Source: Squalus acanthias
Lineage: Eukaryota
NCBI GenBank assembly: GCA_030390025.1
Contig: CM059432.1
Location: 58,096,001 to 58,160,000, forward strand
Reading direction: 5' to 3'
Length of the DNA stretch: 64,000 nucleotides
Below are positions 1 through 12,158 of the stretch, one piece after another. The notes under the pieces are model-generated. The model was given only the letters and a program-made list of their open reading frames with translations, ran no database searches and was not told where the DNA came from. Each line of letters starts with the position of its first letter. The stretch's first letter is position 1. Position numbers and translations under genes: made by a program.

Positions 1-289
1 TAATCCAAGCTTCCTTTCCCTCTTTTTAAATTTCTCTTTCTGTACTTGATTTGATTCTAATTCACCCCATTTCCTTTTCTGTCATTCCTCTGCTTCCTTC
101 TCAATCTTTAAATCTCATTGGTTAAGGAGATAGACTATTGGTCCCGTCATTTATCTAGACCCCAGGTTGCTCTATCAGCTTGCACTTCCAGCAACTTACT
201 GGCAAAAAATGTTCAAGCTGAAGGGTATTGGAAAACGTCTAACTAACGGGGCACACCGCAAGATGCCCCACTCCAGCTAAATCCGGACC
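1..289. mobile_element. Right end of a non-autonomous Harbinger-like element (cut by window edge)
   Basis: Ends in AAATCCGGACC, resembling the AAATCCAGCCC TIR at 44352-44362; left end not visible. Confidence 0.4.
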
Positions 290-684
290 ATTACCTCACA
301 TTACTTGCCTTCCACAACTTTGCTTGAATGTAAAGACCTGTCAATTTGGGCCTTTCAGTTTTCCTTTTGTGTTGCATGATTTTGAAGTCTTCAAACTGCA
401 TCATTGCATCAATAAACTTTGTAATTTGCTAGATTATTACTTGTTACTATTCTTCCATAAAATCCCAGTGATTTTCCACTGTCATTGTGACAGTCTCAAA
501 GTGACTGGCTGAATCAAACGTCGGCATATAAGGAAACGGGGAAGAGGAGTCACACTTGGATACTTTCCCAAATTCCTTACAATCTGGAAGGATGAATCTT
601 GCAAGTGGTTCCATTTTGCCAAGGGGAAATTTGGATGTGGAAGAATATTCTTCCAATTGTTTAAAAAGAGGAAAGGAAAAATAG

Positions 685-780
685 ACTTGCATTTATATAG
701 CACCTTTCACAACCTCAGGACATCCCAAAGCACTTTACAGCCAATTAAGTACTTTTGAAGTGTAGTCACTGTTGTAATGT
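685..780 (-). mobile_element. 3' fragment of a Deu-domain/SacSINE-like SINE with L2-type tail
   Basis: Reverse complement ends ...GCTATATAAATGCAAGT, the same tail as the L2 at ~23730-23748; upstream part recognised from memory as SacSINE/AmnSINE-like. Confidence 0.55.
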
Positions 781-2179
781 TCTTATCCCAGCCAGAGATG
801 ACCTCATCCCATAGGAAATCCTAGCTATAAACAAAGATCTGCGGACTTGCTGCTCCATCATAGCACGGTTCAGAAGTTTGTCATCACCCCTTGTAGACTG
901 GTATCAAATCTCAGTAATTCTGAGAAGGTTTACTCTGAAATAACAAATTACATTGAGGTTCTTATTATAAGCACATTATGTGCACAGCAGTTATGGGACG
1001 CTGGACATAAGTATATTCCAATGAATTTCTTTAACTCCGGTAGGGCCGCAGCAGCTGAAATGTTCACACCTGCCCACATTAAAATAACTCCTCAGAAAAA
1101 TTTTAGAGGAAAAGTTAATTATAACCAGCAAAGCTACTGATAGAAAAGTGCAATTACTACGTTTAGGAGTTTCCAGAGAGAGGTAACCAGTAAACAAAAC
1201 TGCCACAAACAAAGCATACATGACAGAAAAACACAATTCAAATTTATTTGCCACCTTCAAGGAAAAGGTGACTTGAGAAAACAGCCGACATCCATATTAA
1301 TAATAGGCAATTCACAGCCCTACTGGGCACGTGCCGCATTTTCTGTGATGAAGGTAGAACTCAACAATGTTCCAAGGTTGATCAGACTACATGGAGGTCC
1401 AGACCTTGTAACGATGAACTCTATGAGTGACTGACCCACTGGGATCTATTGGGAAAGTTCAGTCAAAATCATCTCTCAATGTGCTCACTGAAATCTGCTA
1501 CCTGTTGCAGGCAGATCTGCAGACTCAGAGCAGGGCAAGGACATTATTGCCAGTGGCTGTGAAGGTGAGCGTGGCCATTAATTTTTATGCGTCCGGCTCC
1601 TTCCAGGCTGGAGCAGGCGATATTTCCAACATTTCCCAGTTTGTTCTGCACTGTTGCATAAGGGAGATCACTGACGCTCTGGATGCAAAGAGAGGTGAAT
1701 ACATTTTATTCTCTCTTGCCAGAGAGAAGCAGGCAGAGCAAGCACATGGCTTCATCAGGACAGCAGGCTTCCCCATGGTGCAGGGTGCCATTGACTGCAC
1801 ACACGTCACTTTGCAGGCGCCACATGTGAATTCAGTGATGTAACGCAACCGCAAGGGATTTCACTCCCTCAATGTCCGGCTGGTGTGCGACCATACTCAC
1901 CGCATCATGCAGGTCAATGCTCAGTATCCTAGCAGCAATCCTGATGCCTTCATTCTGTGGCAGTCCGCTGTACCATCGCATTTAAGCCACCATGACAAAC
2001 CAGAGGGTGGCTACTGGGTGACAAGGGCTATCTGCTGATCACCTGGCTCATGACTCCGGTGTGCAACCCAAGCACACGTGGGCAGCATACAAACAATGAA
2101 AGCCATGCTGCTACACAGAATTTGATCGAGCAGACCATTGGAGTGTTTAAACAATGCTTCCGCTGCCTAGACTACTCTG

Positions 2180-2397
2180 ATGCGGAGATGCCGGTGTTGG
2201 ACTGGGGTGGACAAAAGTGAGAAGTCGCACAACACCAGGTTATAGTCCAACAGTTTTATTTGAAATCACAAGCTTTCGGAGCTGCTGCCCCTTCGTCAGG
2301 TGAAGTCTTCACCTGACGAAGGGGCAGCAGCTCCGAAAGCTTGTGATTTCAAGTAAAACTGTTGGACTATAACCTGGTGTTGTGCGACTTCTCACTT
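2180..2397. mobile_element. Mini fold-back Penelope-like insertion (pLTR only)
   Basis: 12-bp TSD TAGACTACTCTG (2168-2179, 2398-2409); palindrome 2214-2398 centred at 2306; homologous to the ends of the GIY-YIG element at 20328-21756. Confidence 0.9.
2309..2346 (+). ncRNA. Minimal hammerhead ribozyme motif (mirror copy 2266-2303 on -)
   Basis: TCAC-CTGACGA-A-GGGGC-AGCA-GCTCC-GAAA-GC-TT-GTGA: core, stem I TCAC/GTGA, stem II, palindromic AGCT in place of stem III. Confidence 0.7.
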
Positions 2398-2768
2398 TAG
2401 ACTACTCTGGAGGAGCCCTGCAGTACACACCTGTGTGCGTCTCAAGATTTGTCGTGGTCTACTGTACGCTGCACAACCTCGCCATCATGAGGGCACAGCC
2501 TTTGTCACCAGGTATACGGCGAAGAACTGAGGAGGAGGAGGAGGAGGAGGAGGAAGGGAGGAGGCAACCAATCGACTCATCCGACTGCGATACCAGTAAA
2601 CGCGAACCCAATTACCCATTCACCAACAGTCCCACGCCTTACCTTCCCTCTGTTACTGACCATCACAGCATCCTCTTGGCCACAATGCTACAATAAAAGC
2701 CACCACAAAACAAACATTCCAAACCAAATTTATAAATCAAATCATCCAATACTACATACCAGAGTCAA

Positions 2769-4673
2769 CTAATCACCCTTGTGCATTCCCTTAGTGCCTG
2801 TCTTGCCTGTCCTAGTGCTCCTACGCAGTGCTACCCCAGTGGCTGCAGCATGGCCGGTAGAAGGCTGCTGACTTTCAGTAGGGGAGACTGCAGATGGTCT
2901 AGGGGGATGACCTCGAGCAGCTCTGGGTGTAGAAGGCCCGGCTTCAGACTGCACCATCTTGGCATGGGCGGCAGCAGTCTGGGCTGGTTGACTGACAGGC
3001 AACAGCAGGGGCACTGGTGGAGTGGCAGTGATGGGAGGACGAATGCTGTCATCCTGAGAGAGGACAGTAGGTTCATGCTCCATGGAGCCACTGTCACTCC
3101 CCCGGGGAGGCGCCTCAGCAACCCTAGTAATCTGTTGGAGGACAGATTGCTGGACTACTGTGACACCCTGCAAGCCCCTTTTGACACTGGTAACTGCAGC
3201 CATGATGGCAGCAGTCTAAACTTGCATGACAGCAAGCTGAGCTTTCACTGCAGCACTCAGACGTTGAGTGGCTTCCGCTTGTGCTGCATTGGAAGCTGAG
3301 ACATCGGCCATCAGACGCTGCACCATGATTGGGTCCACAAGTGCATTAATGGATTTGCCCATCACTTCCACGCTGGAAAGGATGGGCTCCAAGCTCTGCG
3401 CAAAACCCTATGCAAGGTTGCTGCCGGGCTCCTCCATGTTCCTTGACATTGCACGCAGGCTTCCTGGCGGGCCTGCCAATGCACCAAGCATTTCATTCTG
3501 CATACCCATCAGCCTTCTTCTGTAGACCACCCCTTCAAACTCCTTATCTGAGTCCTCTGCAGCAGAACTCGTGTGTGACCTCGCCCTCCGGGGAGCTGGC
3601 ACCTGTGCTACCCTTGCCCCCTGCCCTGCTTGCAGACTATTCATGCCCGGTGTCTCACCACGTGCAGATCCCATGTCTAAGCTATCCTCTAAATTAGTCA
3701 CATGGGGTGTCAGTATCTGAGGTGGTGGCTGCGAGTATGAAATCGAGTGATGATGCTGTGTCTTCAGCATCACTGCCTTCTTCCTCTTCCAGTTCTTGCT
3801 CCTCCACCACTGTTTGGCCAGGTTGCAGTTCTTGGCTATCTGAAAGGAGAAAGGCACAATGGTGGGATTGCGGTGAGTGTGGGGTGGGGGAAGCAAGAGA
3901 TGCATGCATACACCATCTGCAGTTTGTAAATCAGAAGAGATTGTGGGATGAGGAGGAAGTGGGATCTGAGAAGGAGGATTAGGTATGATAATACCGTCAT
4001 CTTCGATTGTTTCAGCCCCGCCGCTGGCCACAGACTCAGTGATGGCCGCTCCAATGATCTCCAGTACCATCTACTCCATGGGGGTCAGGTCATGCAGGCG
4101 AGCCTGACTCCCTGCGAATTGCCCCTGCTCAGCCTCCAGTTATGAGCCACCTTGTCCTACAAGAGAGGGAAGTGTGTCAGTGAATGTGGTGCAATGTGTT
4201 TGGGTGATGTGCCTGTCATGGTAGAATAGCTGGCCATGTGTGCAAGCTGTGAGATGTAGGTATGAAGCTTGCAGCCGTGCCAAGTGTGTGAGGGTGTGGT
4301 GAAACTATGAAGGTATGAGTCGTGATTGATAGAGATTGTTGGTAGGTGAGTGAAGGTGGGGTGGTGAATTGAGCAGTGTCTGAGCCTAGTGGTTCAGTTG
4401 TAAGGATATGGCATTTGAAGATGAATTCACTGACCTTGACCACTTGTGTGAGGTCATTAAACTTCTTGCGTCACTGCATCCATGTCCTCGGGGCTATACT
4501 GCTGGCATTGCCTGCGACGGCTATCTGCTCCAATTGCCTGCTCACAGTTTGTCTGGAGGGCCTCCTAGCCCCTATGAATAGAGGCTCTCTCTCCTCTTTT
4601 CCACCTCCTGCACCAAGGCCTCCAGTGCTGCGTCTGAGAACCTTGGAGCCCGCTCTCTCCCCTGTTGCACCAT
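2769..4673 (-). pseudogene. Harbinger Myb/SANT-like (NAIF1-like) gene, 3 exons, degenerate
   Basis: ATG at 4673 gives MVQQGRERAPRFSDAALEALV; ...KKFNDL followed by GT donor; C-terminus ...ALRRSTRTGKTGTKGMHKGD*. Confidence 0.85.
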
Positions 4674-5597
4674 TAGTCAGTGTTCTTCTTGCTCAGAATG
4701 TCTTCCCCAGCCACTTCCAGCACTTGCTGCAGCCAGAATGCACCTCCCCTTTAAGAGATGTAGGCTGGCTTTAAGTAGTGCAGGCTAGCTTTAAGTGGTG
4801 CTAGCCTCGCACGAACTTGGGTCCCCTGCTGAGGCGTGCAGCCACTCAACAGCACGTTCAGCACTGGGCTGCACACTACTATCATTTAAATTAGCAGGCA
4901 GCACAAAGTTTGCATGCTGCTGCATTGGAAGGAATGGGAGCGGGTTAATCACGCATCACGATCCCTGCGCCCGTTTCGGGTCTTGTCCAATTTCTATGCC
5001 TATATGTTTTCTTTTGTAGTGAATTGTCCTGTGAATACAACCTAGAACCATGTTTGCTATAGCTTCTTAACATTGGTCATGACCTTTAGAGACTGATTCA
5101 CTAAAACTGGTTTCAATTCTGTTCCCTGTTGGGTGTATGTATATTTAGGATTAGACCTACCCATGGGCATAACACTGCACTTTTCTAAGTTAAATTAATT
5201 GTTTGAATTAATTGCCAAACAGGCCTCTGGCAATGTTTCAGAGGGAAGTGACTTGCTGAAACTCCTTCATGAATTCCCTGCACTGTTTTCTGGCAAACTG
5301 GGACCTATTGGCATGACTCCACATTATGGGCTGGATTTTCCCAGCTGAGGCGGGTTCGCGGCAGGAGAGGTAGTTGACGGGTTCCGGTCCCGCTCCCGGC
5401 TGCAGCCGCTCTGCTGAAACAATTTTGCGATGATTGGGCTTGTTAAGCCCTCGGTGCATGTTGCCCGGCCCAATCACTAGGTGCGGGTCTGTTCAGCTCC
5501 TCTGATGACACGTTTGCTGCTGTTGTATTTAAGGGGGCCATGAACCCATTTGCTCTCACTTCTACTTCCCCAGTCCTGAGTGCTGCTTGATGGCAAA

Positions 5598-6866
5598 ATG
5601 ACTGCACAGAGACAGAGGGCTGCGCCACGCTTCCACGATGACTCCTCCATGTTCTTGTGGAGGGAGTCAGAGGACGCAGGGAGGCTCTGTTCCCTGGGAA
5701 TGGAAGGAGGAGACCTCCTCACCTGACCAAGGCAGCCTGGCTGCAAACAGCTGAGGAGGTCACTGCAAGGTCTGTTGTTGCTCGCACCTGGATGCAATGC
5801 AGGAAGAGGTTCAATGATCTCCTGTGTTCAGGAAAAGTGAGTATAAAAGCACACTTACCTTAATTCTGCTGTGCCTGTCATCACATCCCCATCACTCTGC
5901 ATTGCCAACCCTACTCCTGCACATCCTAACTTACCCTAACATAACTTGCACCATCACCCATCCCTCTCTCCCTATCTACAGAATCATATCCCCATCTTAC
6001 TCACTCTCACTCACCCTCAACATTATGCAATGACAACAACTAACAACTCAAAAGGAGGCAACTTGGTATTGGCACCCCACTCGATCATAGTCTCCCTCTA
6101 AACATCTGTCCTATCCATTCTTTACACTCATTCCATCACTCACTAAAACTGCACTTCTTTCCCTCATTGCAGGAAAAGAGAGCCCACAATAAGAGGGAGG
6201 GGGAGAGAACAGGAGGAGGAGCACCATCGCTCGCTGAGCTCACCAGTGCTGAGGAGGCAGCTCTGGACATCGCAGGAGAAGTTGACCAGCCTGAAGTGGG
6301 GGACGGAGAGAGGGGCTCATTAGAACAACCTGGTGACAGAATTATTTTCCAGACATCTTATTTTGCAATCATGAGTGACTCGATTGGGATCTGATGTCAA
6401 TAGAAATTGAATGCTAATCATGTGCACAATGGGATGTGTCTGCAATCTACATATCATATGTCTAACTCATGTCTTTACTCTCCCCAGGACCATCAAGAGC
6501 CTGGCCCCTCCACTGTCCAGGAGGAAGAGCAGGAGCACTCCTCAGAGGATCCTCCAGCCTCTGAGGGAGCAGCGTCAGCAGGAATGAGCGCACCCAGCAC
6601 CAGCGCAGAGACGCACACCTCGATGGGTCCTATGCGATATAGAGTAGTGTTGTCACCTGGTTTATCGCAAGTCACATGTGAGCAAGATCAGATGGTGGAG
6701 ACAGGGACAGCAGTGGAGACTCCTCGTCGGAGGCCACAGGACGCTCCTAGCTCTGCTGAGCTGCATGTAGATGCTGAGCCTCGGGGGCCATCCAGGAAGA
6801 GGGTGATCCTGGAGTTTCAGGAACAAGTTCAGGAGGCTCTGACAGGGTTTGTAACCACAGTGGAGG
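5598..6866 (+). pseudogene. Harbinger Myb/SANT-like gene, 3' truncated
   Basis: Exon 1 5598-5836 (RAAPRF...RTWMQCRKRFNDL, frameshifted), exon 2 from 6173 (EKRAHNKREGERTGGG), exon 3 from 6488. Confidence 0.85.
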
Positions 6867-7867
6867 ACAACAACGATTCTGGAGACCCTGGCTGGTGCAT
6901 ACTGTAGGGCTCCACCAGATCTGTCCAGGCATCTGAAGTACATTTTGAGCAACCCTATTGTTTGCTCTATGAGAGTTCTGGTGGAAATGTGGCTTTGATT
7001 GTAACACTCCTCAGTCTCATTTGAGGGCCTCCTCAACTGTGTCATTAGCCACGTCTTCAGGGGATAGCCCTTGTCTCCAAGGAGCCAGCCAGAAAGTTCA
7101 TTTGGTGGAGTGAAGAGCTGAGGGACAGTGGACTGGCGCAGGATGTAAGAGTCATGGCAGCTGCCAGGGAACCTGGCATACATGCATGATGCTCTTTGTA
7201 TGGTTGCAGACCAGCTGCCCATTAAGGGAGTGGAAGTCCTTGTGGTTTACAAATGCTGCTGGGTTCTGATGGGGTGCCCTGATGGCCATATGTGTGCAGT
7301 CGATGATGCCCTGCACCCATGGGAAGCCAGCCAGATTGACAACGCCGTGCGCCCGCTCGGTAACACTGGCTTCATCAGTGGAAAAGTGGATGTAATTGGC
7401 GGACTTGTCAAGGAGGGCATCGGTGACTTGTGTGAGGCATCTGTGGGTGGCCGACTGGGAGATGCCGCTGATGTCTGCTGCTAATCCCTGGAAGGACCCA
7501 GACGCAAAGAAGTTGAGGGCGCTGGTGACTTTGACAGCCACTGGTAAGGAGTGTCCACCTCCTCCTCTGAGCTGCAGGTCTTGATCGAGCATTGTGCAAA
7601 TGTCTGTGACTACCTGTCGCAAAAGTCTCAACCTCCTTTGGCACTGCTGTTCAGTCATGTTGAGGAAGCTCATCCTCTGCCTGTAACCCCTGTGTTGGGG
7701 GTATCTTGTGCGGCGCGGGGCAGTCCTGCGCTGACGGCATCAGGTGGTTGAGGAGAAGGTTGGCGCTCTTGTTGTTGGCGCTGCTGGTGTTCCTGGTTCT
7801 GCTGCTGCTGCGGATGATCATCTTCTGATTCTGAGGAGCAGGGTGAGAGAGTATAAATGGTTCCCAT
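6867..7867 (-). pseudogene. HARBI1-like transposase, frameshifted and 3' truncated
   Basis: ORFs 7670-7867, 7152-7673, 6662-7222 carry GIIDCTH, LLGDKGY, IEQTIG. Confidence 0.9.
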
Positions 7868-8493
7868 TCTGCTCTTATATATGGCAGTTGAGGATGAGAT
7901 GGTCGAAGCAATCAGTCACTGGGGAGAGAGGTTATTCCAAGGAGGTGACAGTGCATATAGAGTTTACAATATACACTTAGAGCCTCAATACAGATCAAAT
8001 GTGTCTTCCAAATCCTGAAATCAGCAACTTCTGACATTGTAAACTGAACAGATGTGAAAGGATAGATTTGATACTGCAGTTGCAGCTGGGAACTATTCAG
8101 CTCGATTGACCTCCCGACATACTTACCTGACGTGATCTCTGAACGACATGAACCCCGTTGAAAATGTGGGAAAATGCAAAAAGGCTGCCAAAATAGTCTT
8201 TAACAAGCAGTTAATAAGAAGTTAAGTATCCTAAATGCCTCCCCCGCCACTTGGTGTCGGGTCTTCTGAAATCACAGACCTAACGCTTTGGAAACTTCCA
8301 TGGAGTCAGGTTTGCAGCGGGTTCCCAACCCGCCGTCAATCATTGCGATTTTGACAGCGGACCCGCCTCCGAACCTGCCCTCTGAGCGCCGGCAGAACCG
8401 CGGCCTATATTGACAGGGGGAAACTGTTTCCACTGCCTTAATCCTATAGCACAGGTCATCAGTGAAAAGACCAAGAAAATGCGAGGAGATAAT

Positions 8494-9257
8494 GGGCCAG
8501 AAATTCGGGTCTCCACGGGTGAGTATGCGCTGTGTACTCACCCGTAGACCCAACGAAAGTGCCGGTTTCGCGCATGCACTGCGCATGCGCTGGAAACCGG
8601 AACTTCCGTTCCCCTGAAGGAAGGGGTTCAGAGGTCGAACGCGTGCGCCGGAGAGGCAGCGCGCACGCAGCGAACTTCATTTTTTTTTTCAGGTTTCTCC
8701 GTGAGGGTAAGTACGGAGAAGCTGCGCAGGAAAAAAGGAGGCGCAAGGCCTGCTTTTAACAAGGTAAGTGGTGAATTAAGTACAATTTAAACATTTTTTC
8801 AACAGGTTTATCTTTTTTACATACTTTAAAGAAAGGTAAGTTTATTTTTAGCACCGTTAAAAAGTGTAATTAATTTTTTCAAAAATTAAAATTTTTGTTT
8901 AAAGTAGTTAATTTATGTAATTTATAGTTATTTTAAAAATGTGATTTAAAACATTTTTTATTTGAAGTTTTAGTGAGGTTTTGGGGCCGATCTCTATTCA
9001 TAGATTTGACAGGTCTTCCTGTCAAAATCTATGAATGGAGATTCCCTGCTCCGATTGGCTCTCCATGGCCCATGTGATCCCAGGGGATGCTTCGAACTAA
9101 CTGCGCCCCTGGGATACGCAAGCACTGCGCGCTGGCAGCTGCAGGAGGCCCAGGAGCCGAATTCCACGCGGGCCCGAAGCACAACGGCAGGCGCGGTATG
9201 CAAGTACGCGCGCGATTCTTGCACCCGCGGGAAGCCGGAGAGCCGAATTTCTGGCCC
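8494..9257. mobile_element. Harbinger-type MITE (764 bp)
   Basis: Perfect 15-bp TIR GGGCCAGAAATTCGG, TSD AAT; inverted relative at 47296-48058. Confidence 0.9.
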
Positions 9258-9412
9258 AATATTATTGAGCCATTCTTGTGGTCATAGACACCAGAAATTC
9301 TGTGGAGGTCCCACTGTAAGTGCCGAGATGTGTGCACTGGGACTCTGTCACTGATCCCTGCGAGGTGTGGTCACTTTACTACAAATTGGAATGGAAAGCA
9401 TTGGCGTCAATA

Positions 9413-10229
9413 GGAACATGAATAGGCTATTCAGCGCCTTGAGCCTGCTCCACCATCTAATTAGATTATGGCTGATCTGTATCTCAACTCCATTTACCCG
9501 CCTTGCTTCCGTAACGCTTAATACGCTTGCCTAACAAAAATCTATCAATCTCAGTCTTGAAATTTACAATTGACCTAGCCTCAACAGCTTTTTGGGAAGA
9601 GTGTTCCAGATTTCCACTGCCCTTTGTGTGAAGAAGTGCTTTTTAACATCCCAGAATGGCTTAGCTCTAATTTTAAGGTTATGTCCCCTAGTTCTGGATT
9701 CTCCCACCAGGGGAAATAGTTTCTCTTTATCTACTCTATCAAATCCTTTAATCATCTTAAACACTTAAATTAGATCACCCCTTAATCTTCTATATGCAAG
9801 GGACTACAAAACTAGTCTATGCAACCTGTCCTCATAACTTAACCCTTTTAGCTCCAGTATTATTCTGGTGAATTTGTGCTGCACCCCTTCCAAGGTCAAT
9901 ACATCCTTCCTGAGGTGTGGTGCCCAGTACTGAACGCAGTACTCCAGATGGGGTCTAGCCAGAGCTCTGTACGGCTGTAACATAACTTCCACCCTTTTAT
10001 ATTCCAGCCCTCTTGAGATAAAGGCCAACATCCCATTAGCCTTTTGAATTATTTTTGTTCCTGTCCACAAGCTTTCAGTGATATCTGTACTTGGACCCCT
10101 AAATCTCTCTGCTTATCCACAGTTCTTAGATTCTCACCATTTGGAAAATACTCTGATCTATCTTTTTTAGGTCCAAAGTGGATGAACTCACACTTTCCCA
10201 CATTGAATTCCAGCTGCCACAGTTTTACC
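9413..10229 (-). mobile_element. CR1 LINE 3' fragment, degenerate
   Basis: ORF2 C-terminal motifs WQLEFNVGKCE, RPHLEYCVQYWAP, TRGHNLK; CR1 3' UTR at the left end. Confidence 0.9.
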
Positions 10230-10816
10230 TGTATTGATCCAGAAAACTCTTCTGAATACACTCAAGAAATTCGCTGCCTTTGGGACTTAAGCTGTTCTGC
10301 TTCACCCAGTTTATATGAAAATTAAAGGGGGAGAAATTCATTATAGCCCCGTTTGGGGTGCTAACTTTTAAAAGTTGAGAAAATTAGCGGCAGGCGCTAA
10401 TGTTTCTAAACTTTTGAAAAATTCGGTTTTGCGCTCCAGGAAGGAAGTGGAGCGCTAAATCAAGCTCTCCACTTCCTTCTTGAAGCACAATCAGCAGCAG
10501 GTGGGGTGGAGACTTCAGCACTGGGCCGTGCAGCGCTGCCATGTTCAAAGGCTCCTTCCCTCCCTTAAAGGGAAGGGCCATCACTGCAGGCTCTGCAATA
10601 GAAAAAGTACCTACCTGGACCACCAAGGCAGCCGCGATCCCGCGCAATCAGCCCGGCACTCAAGCACCCGCGAAAAAAACTGCAACAAGAAAGGTAAGTT
10701 TTTTTTTTACTTACCTCGGCCACCTCGCCTTTAATCATCGCCCCCGAAATGGACAGCCGCCCGATGCATGCCTTCTGCAGCTGTCGGTGTTTTCGACCGG
10801 CGCTGCTGTAGGGGGC

Positions 10817-12016
10817 TGTAGGTGGTTTGCCTTGGTGGTTCGAATCACCTCTCCTACTTAGTTCTAGATGACAGGAATTATGGTGAACAGGATTGGAACA
10901 CAGACAAGCTTTTCGGACTCAACCGTACTGTGTTTAATAAGGTTAACACACATACCCGCCTCCAGTACGTAAAATGCCTGGTGGTGTAAAACAAACAGTA
11001 CAACAATACAACTTGGCCCGTTGAACAGGCTCCTGTCTCATATTAAGACGCCTAAAATCACACTGTGTTGCTATGCAGAGTATAACATGGACTTGTCCCA
11101 CAAACCCCGGAACATACACTATATAATACACACAGAACCTCCTCACTAAGCCCCTCTGGATTGGTTGGGACACACAGCACCCCCTCACACAGTACCGGTG
11201 GTCTTAAGGATGCGTGGGCTTGGACAATGCTCACCGCGATTGTCCGTTTTCTTGCTCGCTGCTTCCCTGTGTAGAGCGTGTCTCCTGGTTCCGTATCGCC
11301 GATGCGGTATCCAAGTCCCAGTTTCGAGGTTCGTTCCTACAGTCGAAGAGCAAGGTCGCTCGTGGTGGTTTCTTCTCTCTGTCTCGGACGGAGGGCTCGG
11401 TTTTTGGTTCAGAGATGAGGGCACGCGAAGGCGAGAGCAAGCGAGAGAGAGAGAGAGAGAATGGCCAAAGTGCCTTCTCTTATACCCTAAAAGTTCATTA
11501 AGGTCTGTGTATTGCAGTGATGTCTTTTTAATCACCCTTCTTTGTCTGGTTTCCCACCTTTTGGTGCTACCATCCAGGTGCTAGTGTTAATGGCAGATGA
11601 TGGGCTGCACTTCTTACCCGATCCCGGGTTAAGTGGTTTCCCATTAGTTTCCAATGGCCCTCCTTTGTCCGGTTCCCGCCTTTCGGGGCTATCTCATCTG
11701 GGTGCTGGTGTTAATGGCAGATGATGGGCCGCACTTCTCACCCGATCCTGGGTTAAGTGGTTTCCCATTAATTTACAATACATCTTCTGCCCGTTACCGT
11801 ATGAGTCATCTACCCGGGCCCATTGTTTCCCAGAGAACTCTCTCTGCTCAGACATTCTCCCATAATCAGTTTGTAGGCCTGGCTGGAATCTCCTGTCCAT
11901 CACGAACACCTGGGCCCCTCCCATCTTCTCCAAACAGGCTGCTGGTCAATCAGCAGTAACAATCATACAAAATGTCCGATACAAAAAAATCCTTGGGGCC
12001 TGCGCTGATGCTTACA
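10817..12016 (-). mobile_element. Solo LTR (1200 bp)
   Basis: TGTAGG...CTTACA termini; 4-bp TSD GGGC (10813-10816, 12017-12020); minus-strand GGGTATAA (~11480-11487) and ATTAAA (10933-10938); MITE sequence resumes after it. Confidence 0.85.
11571..11769. repeat. Two ~76-bp direct repeats in the putative U3 of the solo LTR
   Basis: 11571-11646 vs 11695-11769 (GTGTTAATGGCAGATGATGGG...GGGTTAAGTGGTTTCCCATTA). Confidence 0.85.
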
Positions 12017-12158
12017 GGGCGGAAGTCAATTTCAGGTCCAGGGCGCTGCTGGGGCGATGTGCACGGCGATGACGTCACGATCTACCCAATTTGGCCCCCA
12101 AAGTCTCCCATTATAACTTCTCTGTTTTTACAACAAGCAATCGGGGAGCCTCTAAGGT

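Larger units (their letters stand above)
1480..2599 (+). pseudogene. HARBI1-like Harbinger DDE transposase, disrupted
   Basis: Motifs VAVKVSVAINFYASGSFQ, GAIDCTH, LLGDKGY, IEQTIG, LHNL; in-frame stop at 1841-1843; Penelope insertion at 2180-2397. Confidence 0.9.
1480..5000. mobile_element. PIF/Harbinger two-gene transposon, left end truncated
   Basis: Transposase relic (+) convergent with Myb/SANT relic (-); right TIR-like end CCAATTTCTATGCC at 5000. Confidence 0.85.
5328..8405. mobile_element. PIF/Harbinger element with central deletion
   Basis: Imperfect TIRs GGGCTGGATTTTC / CAGAACCGCGGCC, TAT on both flanks; Myb (+) and transposase (-) fused at ~6866. Confidence 0.85.
10327..12099. mobile_element. 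Harbinger-type MITE interrupted by a solo LTR
   Basis: TIR GGGGGAGAAATT / AATTTGGCCCCC, TSD AAA; homologous to 27998-28761. Confidence 0.85.

Noticed and set aside
305..665. Possible minus-strand host exon
   Set aside because: No canonical AG acceptor, stops in the frames checked, no recognisable domain
10834..10849. tRNA gene or tRNA-derived SINE suggested by GGTTCGAATC
   Set aside because: No cloverleaf or convincing A box; the motif sits inside an LTR with TSDs
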